From: a virus
Length of the DNA: 64,000 bases
Reading direction: 5' to 3' (one strand)
Virus record (IMG/VR): IMGVR_UViG_3300036766_002288
Coordinates: 123,012 to 187,011 of that record
The position numbers and the translations under genes were made by a program. Below, one piece after another: positions 19,124-28,181 of this stretch (its first letter is position 1; the number at the start of each line of letters is the position of its first letter). Below the pieces are notes generated by a model that saw nothing but the letters and a program-made list of their open reading frames with translations, had not been told where the DNA came from and searched no databases.

Positions 19124-21163
19124 ATGGATATGCCGCCAGTAATTAAAGTAGGAGACCGTGGAGAATTAACTGAATCAAGTAAATTCCCGCTCGCCAAATT
19201 CCCTTTTGCACAATTCAATCCTGTTCAAAGCCGCATTATAGACTATTATGACCAAGATAATAATCTCTTAATCGCATCTAATACATCGTCTGGTAAGACG
19301 GTAGTGGCAGAAATGGTGTTAGCCCATGAAGTGCGTATAAGAAAAGGTAAAGGTCTATATCTAGTGCCATTAAAAGCGTTGGCACAAGAAAAACTAGATG
19401 ATTGGCAAGATGAGGGTCATCATTTTGGTGATTTGAAAATTTCAGTTTGTACAGGTGATTATCGCCTTACAGCCGAAAGGAAGAAAGAGTTGGAGGCGGC
19501 TGATATCATCGTAATGAGTTACGAGATGTTTAATTCTAGGGTGCGCAACCTTGGGTCGGAACGTAGTGAATTCTTAAAAAAGGTGGGCACCCTTGTAGCT
19601 GATGAAGTTCATTTGTTGACTGTTCCTAATCGTGGCGACCATCTCGAAGCTGGTTTAATGCGGTTTAGTGAGATTAATAAAGATTGTAGATTGGTATTCT
19701 TATCCGCAACGATGCCTAATGTAGATGAACTTGCTGATTGGGTTAGTTTTATCCTAAACAATAAGCAAACCATATTATTGAAATCTACTTTTAGGCCATG
19801 CCCACTTAACCTTCATTATGAAAAGTATTGGGACGGAGAACGTTCTTATGAAGATAATGAGAAACAAAAAGTGAACATGGCTTTGGAAATAGTGGAATAC
19901 TATCCAGATGATAAGTTCCTTATATTCTCCCATACTAAAAAGACCTGTGCTTTAATGAAAGAAGCGTTAGTAGGTGCGGGTATTAAATGCGAAGTGCATA
20001 ATGCTGATTTGGATAAAGCAAAAAGGAACAAAGTTGAGAAAGAATTTAAAACAAATAAGAACCTGCGAATTATTGTAGCCACTAGTACTTTGGCGTGGGG
20101 GTTAAATCTACCAGCTAGGAGGGTGATTATTCTTGGTGTCCATCGTGGGTTAGATGAAGTAGCCACGTATGATATATGGCAGATGGTAGGTCGTGCTGGT
20201 CGTCCAGCATTTGATCCCGTAGGCGATGCGTATGTACTTCTCCCTGAAAAGACTTATGATATGCATAAGGAAAGGATCAGGAAGCCGCAATTGATTCAAT
20301 CCCAAATGCTTACAGCAATGGGGGAGCATCATAAAGTTCTAGCTTTTCATTTAGTCAGTGAGATTCATCAAGAAACAATCAAGAATAGGGAAGATGTGCA
20401 TCATTGGTATAAGAGAAGCTTGGCTTGTTTCCAATCTCATGAATTAGACGAACATATTGTTGACCATACGATGGAATTATTGAAGAAGTGTGGGGCGGTT
20501 TGGGAGGAAGATGGTCAATATACGGTGACTTCAATTGGCAAGATAGCCAGTTTGTTTTATTTTTCACCATTTGATGTTTCTGATTTGAAGAAAAACTTTA
20601 CGCAATTGTTTGATAACAATAAGCAAGAGGATGATTTATCATTGGCTATAGCTTTGGCCAATATAGATACCCATAGATTTGGCATTGTCAGCAAAACGGA
20701 ACGCGAAGAGATGAGTATGTTTGCTGGCCAGGTGCGACAAGCTATTGGCAAGGATGCCGTAATGGAACCTGTTGTTAAAGTTGCATATGCTTATCATCAG
20801 ATGATGAATGGTATTTCTAATCCCATTTTTGTATCTCTCACAAGGGGTTTACATTTTGATTTTCCTAGACTAAATCAAGTTCTTCAAGCTATAGACGGAT
20901 TTACTGGCAAGTGGCAGAAGACCAATTGGTTTAGGCAAATGCAATTAAGGGTTACTTATGGTGTCAAGGGGCCAATGGTTACACTGTGTCAACTTCCACA
21001 CATTGGCAAGGTTAGAGCTACTAAACTATGGAAAGCTGGCATACGTGATATGCTTGCCGTTATAGGCAGTCCAGAAATGGTAAGGAAGATTACTGGCCTA
21101 AAAGGTACGGAAGTTGATGAAATCTTGGCGAAGGCTAAGGACTTATTTTCTTCTTCTTCTTGA
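19124..21163 (+). CDS. Ski2/Hel308-like SF2 DExH helicase
   Basis: PFAQFNPVQ Q-motif, TSSGKT, DEVH, LSAT, TSTLAWGLNLPA, QMVGRAGR, C-terminal HhH LPHIGKVRA. Confidence 0.9.
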   Translation: MDMPPVIKVGDRGELTESSKFPLAKFPFAQFNPVQSRIIDYYDQDNNLLIASNTSSGKTVVAEMVLAHEVRIRKGKGLYLVPLKALAQEKLDDWQDEGHHFGDLKISVCTGDYRLTAERKKELEAADIIVMSYEMFNSRVRNLGSERSEFLKKVGTLVADEVHLLTVPNRGDHLEAGLMRFSEINKDCRLVFLSATMPNVDELADWVSFILNNKQTILLKSTFRPCPLNLHYEKYWDGERSYEDNEKQKVNMALEIVEYYPDDKFLIFSHTKKTCALMKEALVGAGIKCEVHNADLDKAKRNKVEKEFKTNKNLRIIVATSTLAWGLNLPARRVIILGVHRGLDEVATYDIWQMVGRAGRPAFDPVGDAYVLLPEKTYDMHKERIRKPQLIQSQMLTAMGEHHKVLAFHLVSEIHQETIKNREDVHHWYKRSLACFQSHELDEHIVDHTMELLKKCGAVWEEDGQYTVTSIGKIASLFYFSPFDVSDLKKNFTQLFDNNKQEDDLSLAIALANIDTHRFGIVSKTEREEMSMFAGQVRQAIGKDAVMEPVVKVAYAYHQMMNGISNPIFVSLTRGLHFDFPRLNQVLQAIDGFTGKWQKTNWFRQMQLRVTYGVKGPMVTLCQLPHIGKVRATKLWKAGIRDMLAVIGSPEMVRKITGLKGTEVDEILAKAKDLFSSSS

Positions 21164-21904
21164 TTTTCTTAGTCGTTCTTGTATTCTTCGCAAAAGTTCT
21201 GCTTTATTCCAGACTACTAATGGTCTGCCAGTTTTAGGATTGATTTTAACTTTACCAGTCCTACTATCGGTTTTCCTTTTCCACAATGGGACTCGTTTAA
21301 CTGCAAATCCCATTGATACTGGACAGGGAGCGCAAAGAACGTTATTTTGAACACATTGACAGCATTCAGTTTCTTCTGGTGTAAGTGTAACTACGATTTC
21401 TTGTCCGTCATTAATGAATATTGGTGGTGGCATACCATTTAAAAAGACTGTGGCTGATACGCATTCGCTGTCAATCATAACACTTGTCGGAGCAGTTACA
21501 TAACCATTGCCGACTGCTATTATTTTACCATTTACTACTTGTAGACAGCAGCATGGAGTATCACCACCACCGCACCTTAATTCCACACAAATGTTTGAGC
21601 AAGGTACAGAGCATGGCACGGAACCAGTTCCAAGTGTGAATTTACCATCTTTGGATTGGATTAATTCAGTGCTGAATCCTGGTATATCGGGTACTGGTGT
21701 TGAAAATTCAGCCCATAATGGATTTTCTACAGGGGCTAGGGACATAGGGAACATGCACCCTGACGGATTATCGACTGAATATGGGGCACCACATTCAAAA
21801 TAAACCGCTACAACAGGGCAGCACGTTGGCGGGCAACATTTACAGTTACACCCGCAAAAGCCGCCTGTTCCATTAACAAATGGACCTTGGCAACCAGTCT
21901 GCAT
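21143..21904 (-). CDS. Cys-rich protein with basic C-terminus
   Basis: CGCNCKCC, PCSVPCSNIC, PCCC, ECCQC clusters. Confidence 0.6.
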   Translation of the reverse strand: MQTGCQGPFVNGTGGFCGCNCKCCPPTCCPVVAVYFECGAPYSVDNPSGCMFPMSLAPVENPLWAEFSTPVPDIPGFSTELIQSKDGKFTLGTGSVPCSVPCSNICVELRCGGGDTPCCCLQVVNGKIIAVGNGYVTAPTSVMIDSECVSATVFLNGMPPPIFINDGQEIVVTLTPEETECCQCVQNNVLCAPCPVSMGFAVKRVPLWKRKTDSRTGKVKINPKTGRPLVVWNKAELLRRIQERLRKSRRRRK

Positions 21905-22173
21905 TACTTTTTATTATTCTCCCCAAAGAATTTTTCTGGATATTCAATTTTAACAATACCTTTTCCATCAGTGGGTTTGCCTGTTTTAGGGTCTTCAACC
22001 CACCAACGAACTTGTTCAACTGGAATACCTAATTCATCCATGTGACAGTTATCTTCGGGAGAAACAGGGAGATGTATCTGTTCCCCGTTTATTAGAATTG
22101 CGACTTTGCACTGTTCTTTTCTACGGTCGTATAAAAGACAGTTTTTGCATTTCTTTTCTATTTCTTTTTTCAT
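21904..22173 (-). CDS. hypothetical protein (CxxC)
   Basis: TAATG coupling. Confidence 0.55.
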   Translation of the reverse strand: MKKEIEKKCKNCLLYDRRKEQCKVAILINGEQIHLPVSPEDNCHMDELGIPVEQVRWWVEDPKTGKPTDGKGIVKIEYPEKFFGENNKK

Positions 22174-22195
22174 TCATTCATCCCTACCTTTCATT

Positions 22196-22360
22196 CTATC
22201 TTTTTTCATTCGTATATTGTATCATAAAGTCTCTGATTACTTGTGAGATAGATTTGTAGTCATTGGTGCATTTATTTTGGAATTTTTTAAAAAGTGAAGG
22301 CTGCACCCTGACAATCAAATCTTTTTGCAATTTCTCTTTTTTATTCTGCATATACATCAT
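22196..22360 (-). CDS. ribbon-helix-helix DNA-binding protein
   Basis: LIVRV...LFKKF...SISQVIRDFM pattern. Confidence 0.55.
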   Translation of the reverse strand: MMYMQNKKEKLQKDLIVRVQPSLFKKFQNKCTNDYKSISQVIRDFMIQYTNEKR

Positions 22361-22433
22361 ATTAGTGTTGTCCAGACAAAATTTTGAAAAAAAGTGATAT
22401 TGATTTTTAGGCATAATTGGATATCATAAACCC

Positions 22434-22472
22434 ATGACTAATAAAATTTGCATATTCGCACAGTCTTATTAA
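22434..22472 (+). pseudogene. remnant 5' end of dNMP kinase gene
   Basis: encodes MTNKICIFAQSY*, matching kinase start MNKICVFAQ at 23257. Confidence 0.6.
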
Positions 22473-22495
22473 GGCATGGACACTATATTAATTGT

Positions 22496-23260
22496 ATGGA
22501 ATACGATCATAAGCAAATTTTAGAATTATATGGATTAGGGTTCACATGTCGAGAGATAGCGGACGCTATAGGGTGCAATCATAGAAGTGCTGCCTACGTA
22601 GTGCAGAAGCATGGCAAGAGTAGATATAAAGGTCCGAGGCCAGGTATTGTTTTTAAGGATGTTTTAAAATGCCAAAAATTCAATCAAAAATTTATAGAGT
22701 ATCTTGATGGATTAGTAATATCTGATGGTAGTTTGACATGTAAAGCTACATCTCCAACTGCTTGTTATAGGCAATCATGCGTTAATTTGGATTGGCTTAA
22801 GTATATTGGTGTGGAGTTTAATGGGAGAGAAATTAAGACTATATTTTCCATAGATGGTAGGAAAAAGAGAATATCCCATGTGTTAAGGACTCCAGTTTAC
22901 GAGGAGTTTTTCAGTCAGTATTCTAGATGGTACATTAATGACAAGAAAATAGTTCCGAGGGACTTAAATTTTTTAAGTAAGACATTTTTAATAAATTGGG
23001 TATATGGGGACGGCACGCTCGTAAACAATAGTACTCTTAGGTTATGCACAGATGATTTTACTGAAAAAGAAGTAGATTGGCTGATATTTTATTTGAATAA
23101 AAATCTTGACTTAAGATTCAAAAAAGTTTATATGGGAATGAGTAAAAAAGGCAATCCTAAATTTAGACCCGCATTATGTTTGCGTGATGGTTTGCTGGAT
23201 TTTTATAAATATATAGGAAATCCCATTAGTTGTTTTAACTATAAGTGGAGATATAAGTGA
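22496..23260 (+). CDS. free-standing LAGLIDADG homing endonuclease
   Basis: YLDGLVISDGS and NWVYGDGT motifs, N-terminal HTH. Confidence 0.85.
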   Translation: MEYDHKQILELYGLGFTCREIADAIGCNHRSAAYVVQKHGKSRYKGPRPGIVFKDVLKCQKFNQKFIEYLDGLVISDGSLTCKATSPTACYRQSCVNLDWLKYIGVEFNGREIKTIFSIDGRKKRISHVLRTPVYEEFFSQYSRWYINDKKIVPRDLNFLSKTFLINWVYGDGTLVNNSTLRLCTDDFTEKEVDWLIFYLNKNLDLRFKKVYMGMSKKGNPKFRPALCLRDGLLDFYKYIGNPISCFNYKWRYK

Positions 23261-23886
23261 ATAAGATATGTGTGTTCGCGCAATTGTCTAATGGAAAGGA
23301 TGTTGTTGCTAATTACCTTGTCAAACAACTGAATATTCTCGCTCTTTATCATGAAGATAAATGGAGACGCATTGGTTTTGCTGATGCGTTGAAAAAGGTT
23401 TTCATGGAGTCTTTCAACGTAAGTTGGGAGTTTATTGAGGAATGGAAACGCAAAGACGAGCCACCACCAGAATTCGATTTAAATATTCGAAAAAGTTTGC
23501 AGCAGATTGGCGACGGTTTCAGACAGATACAATCTGACGTATGGATCAGAACTGCCTTGCGAAATAATTTCAATATGGTTATATCTGATGGGCGGTATCT
23601 CAATGAAGCCAAGATGGTGAAACAGCAAGGCGGTGTTACGGTTCTTCTTTGGCGTCCTGGTTTTGAAAATACTGACCCGAATCCATCTGAGTCTCAGATT
23701 AAACCTTATATTGAATATTGCTCAAAACATTATAGTGGAGGTCCAATATTTTTCGACCCTAATTGGATAAACGCATGTGTTCCAGAATTGAGATATTTTG
23801 ATTATTTCTTAATAAACAACGGTAATTTGGACGATTTATATGGGAAGATTGACAGTCAGTTAATACCTTTTATATGGGAAGATTGA
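23257..23886 (+). CDS. deoxynucleoside monophosphate kinase
   Basis: GKD, FADALK, LQQIG, VWI, ISDGRYLNE. Confidence 0.85.
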   Translation: MNKICVFAQLSNGKDVVANYLVKQLNILALYHEDKWRRIGFADALKKVFMESFNVSWEFIEEWKRKDEPPPEFDLNIRKSLQQIGDGFRQIQSDVWIRTALRNNFNMVISDGRYLNEAKMVKQQGGVTVLLWRPGFENTDPNPSESQIKPYIEYCSKHYSGGPIFFDPNWINACVPELRYFDYFLINNGNLDDLYGKIDSQLIPFIWED

Positions 23887-23900
23887 CAGTCAGTTAATAC
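23835..23900 (+). repeat. tandem duplication, 32-nt identical copies with 34-nt period
   Basis: TTTATATGGGAAGATTGACAGTCAGTTAATAC at 23835 and 23869. Confidence 0.9.
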
Positions 23901-23928
23901 TTTGTTTTAAATGTAAAGGGGTTATTTC

Positions 23929-24231
23929 GTGGATGCAATGCTTTTTAGAAATATGTGCGCTGAGGACGGGTTTGAACTCACGCCCGCAGAGGCTAAGGAA
24001 ACAATTACTTGTTATGAAAATTTCTTATCGTCTATAAAAGAAGCTTGCGAAGACTGCCCAGATTTTTATAATGATCTCTGTAACAGAACAACTGAAGAAA
24101 AATTAGCTGATATTAAAAGATTAGAAAAGAAGGGTTGTAAGATGACCCTTAAACAATATAACGAACTTCAAAAGACAATTATTAAAGTTTGCGAATTAGA
24201 AGGCTATGATAATGGAAATCAAGGTTTCTGA
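23929..24231 (+). CDS. hypothetical protein
   Basis: ORF with SD. Confidence 0.5.
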   Translation: MDAMLFRNMCAEDGFELTPAEAKETITCYENFLSSIKEACEDCPDFYNDLCNRTTEEKLADIKRLEKKGCKMTLKQYNELQKTIIKVCELEGYDNGNQGF

Positions 24232-24535
24232 AATTCGAGAGCTTGAATATTTTTTTCTTTTAAGAAGGAATTGCAGGTATAGTTACCATCTCTTCCATCA
24301 TTTTAAATGTGGTTGGCATAGTAACATTCCTGTTTGTTGCACGATTTTCTTTGTAACTGTATGGCAATTATGTTGGGTTTTAGGACATTTTCCTCTTGTT
24401 AGAAAGTTTCTTTCCTGTTATCCTCCTAGAAAGCACAGGAATTACAGATATGTTCCTTGCTTTTTTTGTTTTCTTATGCGACGGTGTAATCGAGTTTTAG
24501 TGTGTGACAAATCGAAATGTCACTGTTATCATTAG
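24206..24535 (+). CDS. hypothetical Cys-rich membrane protein
   Basis: hydrophobic segment, many Cys. Confidence 0.4.
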   Translation: MIMEIKVSEIRELEYFFLLRRNCRYSYHLFHHFKCGWHSNIPVCCTIFFVTVWQLCWVLGHFPLVRKFLSCYPPRKHRNYRYVPCFFCFLMRRCNRVLVCDKSKCHCYH

Positions 24536-24583
24536 CTGTAGCGTTTATGGCTAAGGTTGTTTACTTGTTTAAGGAGTAGAAGT

Positions 24584-25099
24584 ATGAGTAAGTTTGGTAT
24601 CGTTTTAATGGGTTTGGCAGTGTATTGCCTTACCTTTGGCAGCACAGCGTTTGCTGGTGCGCCGTGTGTAAGTAAGTGCAGACCAGTATGCAATAGCAAG
24701 CCTGCGTGCCATACTGGTCATGGCAGTCAGTGTAAGCCTAAACCTGTGTGTAATACTGGTCATGGCAAGGATTGCGGCAATGGTCATGGCAAGGATTGCG
24801 GCAATGGTCATGGCAAGGATTGCGGCAATGGTCATGGCAAGGATTGCGGCAATGGCAATAGCGGGCATAGTTGCAAGCCCGTCTGCAAGCCGACCACAGG
24901 TCATGGCAAGGATTGTGGGAACGGTGCTGGTTCTGGCAAGCCAAGTGGTCCTGGCGTAGCAAACGGTAACGGCAATAGTAATGCCAATAATAACGCCAAT
25001 ACCAACACGAATACTAACACCAACACCAATACCAATACCAATAACAACAATATTAGCAACAACATCAGCAATACCATTAACAATGGTTTTAGCAATTAA
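24584..25099 (+). CDS. exported Cys/His/Gly repeat protein with Asn/Thr tail
   Basis: SD AGGAG, signal peptide ending AFA, GHGKDCGN repeats, (NT)n tail. Confidence 0.75.
   Translation: MSKFGIVLMGLAVYCLTFGSTAFAGAPCVSKCRPVCNSKPACHTGHGSQCKPKPVCNTGHGKDCGNGHGKDCGNGHGKDCGNGHGKDCGNGNSGHSCKPVCKPTTGHGKDCGNGAGSGKPSGPGVANGNGNSNANNNANTNTNTNTNTNTNTNNNNISNNISNTINNGFSN
24758..24853 (+). repeat. 4 exact tandem copies of a 24-bp coding repeat
   Basis: GGTCATGGCAAGGATTGCGGCAAT x4; degenerate fifth copy near 24899. Confidence 0.95.
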
Positions 25100-25106
25100 G
25101 TTGTGT

Positions 25107-25139
25107 AAGGGCAGAGCAAAAATTGCTCTGCCCTTTTTT
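25107..25139 (+). terminator. intrinsic terminator
   Basis: 13-bp stem plus T-run. Confidence 0.8.
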
Positions 25140-25163
25140 CTCATTTTTTAGAGGTGAGTTACC

Positions 25164-26168
25164 ATGAGTAAGATTTTCAAGTTATTCCTGTTTGTAGCAG
25201 TGGCGTCTATGTTCAGTGCGGCGGCGGTTGCTGATGATGGTTCTTCGTGCTAGCCTCAACAACTGCAACAGCAAATAGTTGTCCCTTATAAGCAACCAAT
25301 CTGTCCTATGCCAAATAACGGCAGTGGTAGTGCTAACGGTAATGGTAATACGAACAAGAACGGTAATGGTAATGCTAATGCTAATAAAAACGGCAATACT
25401 AACACCAATAAGAACGTTAATAATGTGACGGTTAATGTTAATACTGGTGCTGGACACACTAAGAACAAAAACAACAACAGCAATACCAATAACAATGTCA
25501 ATGGAAGTAGTTTGTTGGGCTTGAGCGGTGGGTTTAATGGACTTGGTGGAAATGGAAGTAGCGGATTTGGCAGTGGGACTTATAGTCCAAGTAGCAGCCC
25601 AACCAACACTTATAGTCCTTCATACTCGTTTTCGTATGGCAACACTCCTGGCTATGGTGTAGCTGGTATTGCAGGGGCGGTAGGTGTGGTTCCACCACCC
25701 AATGCGGCTTTTAATGAAGAAGACCCAAACACTGCTTGGCTGACAGTTGAAGTGCCTAATGAACAAGCTGAAGTTTGGTTGAATGGCACTAAGATGCCGC
25801 ATCAAGGTGCGGTGAGAAAGTATGTAAGCCCGCCATTGGACCCTAAGTTGTTGTATAATTATGATGTTAAAGTTCAGTGGTTTGATAAGGGTATCAAGCA
25901 GAACCATAACACGAAGATTGTCTTGAAAGCTGGAGATGAAATCTATCATATCGTCCCAAAGGAAGGGGCGAACGCTGTTCCAGCACCGAATGCATTACAG
26001 AGTGAAGAAGATGACGAAAAGGCTGCTGCTAGTAAGTTAGGTTTGGCCAAACAGTTAATGGATGAGAAGAAGATGGCATCCATTAAGGGTAGGTTAGAGG
26101 ATATCATCAAGAAGTATCCAAAGACCAAGGCAGCAGAGGAAGCAAAGGCATTGCTATCGAAGATTTAG
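25164..26168 (+). CDS. exported TIGR03000-type (Planctomycete) domain protein with in-frame TAG at 25251
   Basis: SD GAGGTG, signal peptide in frame with ORF 25308-26168; VP...AEVWLNG...RKYVSPPL...Y-Y-V domain; KYPKTKAAEEAK tail. Confidence 0.75.
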
Positions 26169-26185
26169 GTTAGCAGCGGGTTAGG

Positions 26186-26225
26186 ACAACAGAGAGTGTG
26201 AAATATCACTCTCTGTTGTTTTTTA
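26186..26225. terminator. terminator between convergent genes
   Basis: 13-bp stem ACAACAGAGAGTG/CACTCTCTGTTGT plus T-run. Confidence 0.75.
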
Positions 26226-26871
26226 CACGATGTTTTAGTTTTCCTATCCCGACTTCGGTTATGACGATGAATTCCCAGCCTCTAGTTTGACAATAAAGGG
26301 TTGCAGCGTGCCATTTAGCTTCGTTGAGTGGCAGCATAGTCTGGTTTGCTGGTTTGATTTCCCACACTTCTACATGTCCGTCGTTGAATTTGAGTAGTAT
26401 ATCTGGGAAGTAATGGTGTGCTTCACCTTTGTACAAATAAGGAATTCCTTGCTTGAATGGTTGGGCTTCATAGGCTATGACTTCTGGGATTACTTCAATA
26501 CATTCCAGCACTTCACATTCATAGCTAGATTCATATTCAAATTCTTTACCACCGTTTTTCAAGCTGACAAAGTGACCTTTTCTAAAAGTTGGTTTTCTTG
26601 ATTTCTTACCACCTTTTTTACCAATGTCTTTCCAAACTATTGCTCTGTTGGGGCCTTTTTGCATTGGCATTGAGTCTTGTGGGTGTTTGGCTTTGAAATG
26701 TAGCATTACATCTCTTACAGGTGCGCCGCAACGGGCCAATGGGCAGACAACATACTCTCTTCCTTCTTCGTGTTTTTCCAATATATGGGCGCGAAATGTT
26801 TCAAAATCTCCATATTCGTGGCCACAAACAAAACATTGCCATTTTCTTTTGCCGTCGTCTTTTCCGAACAT
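26206..26871 (-). CDS. TnsA-like PD-(D/E)xK nuclease (T4 gp4 head-completion-like) with N-terminal C2H2 fingers
   Basis: YESSYE, YFPD, EIKP; CxxC...HxxxH twice. Confidence 0.7.
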   Translation of the reverse strand: MFGKDDGKRKWQCFVCGHEYGDFETFRAHILEKHEEGREYVVCPLARCGAPVRDVMLHFKAKHPQDSMPMQKGPNRAIVWKDIGKKGGKKSRKPTFRKGHFVSLKNGGKEFEYESSYECEVLECIEVIPEVIAYEAQPFKQGIPYLYKGEAHHYFPDILLKFNDGHVEVWEIKPANQTMLPLNEAKWHAATLYCQTRGWEFIVITEVGIGKLKHRVKNNRE

Positions 26872-26873
26872 TT

Positions 26874-27221
26874 TTATCCTTTGGACATAAGTTGTTTTTC
26901 TATCTGATTTCTGTCTAAAACTTTAATTAAAGGCAAATCTTTTGCCGTGAATATATTCTCCGTAGTTTGTCCAGTAAGGGCATTCATAAGGTCATGTGCC
27001 ATGAAGTTGGCTTCATCTTCCCAATTATCTGGCATGTCTTCATCGCCTTCTGGATTCTTCATTTTGGCAAAAACAATCCTACTTTCTTCAGGGGCACCAA
27101 ATAGCTTATTGTTTTTGGTGAAAAACATTATTAAATTTTGGTTGTCTAGAAGATTTTTTATCTTATTTTTCTTCTGAGCATCCTTATTTTCTTGGAAGAT
27201 TTTAAAGTTGTAATTCTTCAT
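26874..27221 (-). CDS. hypothetical, possible internal virion protein
   Basis: MKNYNFKIFQE N-terminus; SD GAGG. Confidence 0.5.
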   Translation of the reverse strand: MKNYNFKIFQENKDAQKKNKIKNLLDNQNLIMFFTKNNKLFGAPEESRIVFAKMKNPEGDEDMPDNWEDEANFMAHDLMNALTGQTTENIFTAKDLPLIKVLDRNQIEKQLMSKG

Positions 27222-27253
27222 GTTTTTCCTCTATCATTCATTATATACTGTGT

Positions 27254-27673
27254 ATGGTTTTTAGTTTTAAAAGATTTGTGGAAGAAAAAAAGCCTGACAA
27301 GCCATTAAACCACATAGATGCGATGGATCAGGAGCTAGGTATAGACCGAGCTTCTTTACCTAAAGATTTTTCGACTGGTTGGTTGGAATTACCAGAAGAA
27401 GGCTTATATTTCAATCAGGCAATTTGGCAATTATTACCTGTTGGTGAACATGATATGTTTGCTAGGATTAAGTATTTCAGGGCTAATAACTCTAATCCTA
27501 ATTTTGTCAGGTGTTATACTAAAGGACAGGATGGTAAGCTTCAGCCTTATATGGGTGAAATAGATGGCTCAGTACACTTAATAAGTATTGGAAGATTAGC
27601 AAAGGCATTGGGAATGCCTTTCCAGGCATCAGCAGCGGCAGCCACAGGTGGCGGCGCAGGAGGAATAACATGA
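27254..27673 (+). CDS. hypothetical, possible internal virion protein
   Basis: MVFSFKRFVEE N-terminus. Confidence 0.5.
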   Translation: MVFSFKRFVEEKKPDKPLNHIDAMDQELGIDRASLPKDFSTGWLELPEEGLYFNQAIWQLLPVGEHDMFARIKYFRANNSNPNFVRCYTKGQDGKLQPYMGEIDGSVHLISIGRLAKALGMPFQASAAAATGGGAGGIT

Positions 27674-27837
27674 AATTTAAGGATTGGTATATTAAAGAAG
27701 TAGGGACTTGTACGGGCAGTATTGCTCATTTTTCTTTGCCTTTATTTGGGGGTTCAGTAGATCGTACTTGGCCACCACTTATTGGATATGATGGCAAAGA
27801 TAAAAAACACAAGAAAAAGAAGAAAAAGAAGGAGTAA
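27670..27837 (+). CDS. 55-aa basic protein (below ORF-track cutoff)
   Basis: ATGA coupling; MKFKDWYIKE...KKHKKKKKKKE. Confidence 0.55.
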   Translation: MKFKDWYIKEVGTCTGSIAHFSLPLFGGSVDRTWPPLIGYDGKDKKHKKKKKKKE

Positions 27838-27845
27838 ATAGACTT

Positions 27846-28118
27846 ATGAAGACATTGAAAGAATTCCTTGATGATGCAAGGCAAAGTTTTGCTTCTCCAC
27901 AGGCAGAGAAGTATTCTCCTCAAACTCTAAGCCCGATCCATTTTTCCGCACAATTCCCAGGTGAAGCTGCGGCATACAAAGCCGCATTTGAAGAATTTTT
28001 AAAATATTACGGGAAGGATAGCCGAAGGGCAGACCATTTTGGCAGTATGTTGCATGATGCCCTTGTCAAAAGAAACACAGCAATGTTGCATATGTGGTAT
28101 AATATTCACAAGAATTAA
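27846..28118 (+). CDS. putative internal virion protein (T4 IP-like N-terminus)
   Basis: MKTLKEFLD. Confidence 0.55.
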   Translation: MKTLKEFLDDARQSFASPQAEKYSPQTLSPIHFSAQFPGEAAAYKAAFEEFLKYYGKDSRRADHFGSMLHDALVKRNTAMLHMWYNIHKN

Positions 28119-28181
28119 CTTGTTTTAATCTTGTGAATTTGCTATTGTTCATGAACTTTCCATTCAATTCAAGAGGGTCAA

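Noticed and set aside
22434-23290. Group I intron or intein splitting the kinase
   Set aside because: No room for an intron core, no Cys/Ser...His-Asn intein ends, and the downstream kinase has its own complete N-terminus
24206-24583. Double-TAG readthrough fusing 24206-24535 to the repeat protein
   Set aside because: Same frame, but the downstream gene has its own SD and signal peptide; likely coincidence
24758-24853. CRISPR array
   Set aside because: Repeats are contiguous with no spacers, 24 bp in frame in a CDS; no cas genes
24605-25501. Antisense and alternative-frame ORFs (24605-25144, 24720-24959, 24738-24962, 24901-25095, 25182-25457, 25286-25501)
   Set aside because: Shadows of low-complexity coding repeats
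26206-26871. Tn7 transposon
   Set aside because: Lone TnsA-like nuclease without tnsB/C/D or ends; fits phage head-completion nucleases
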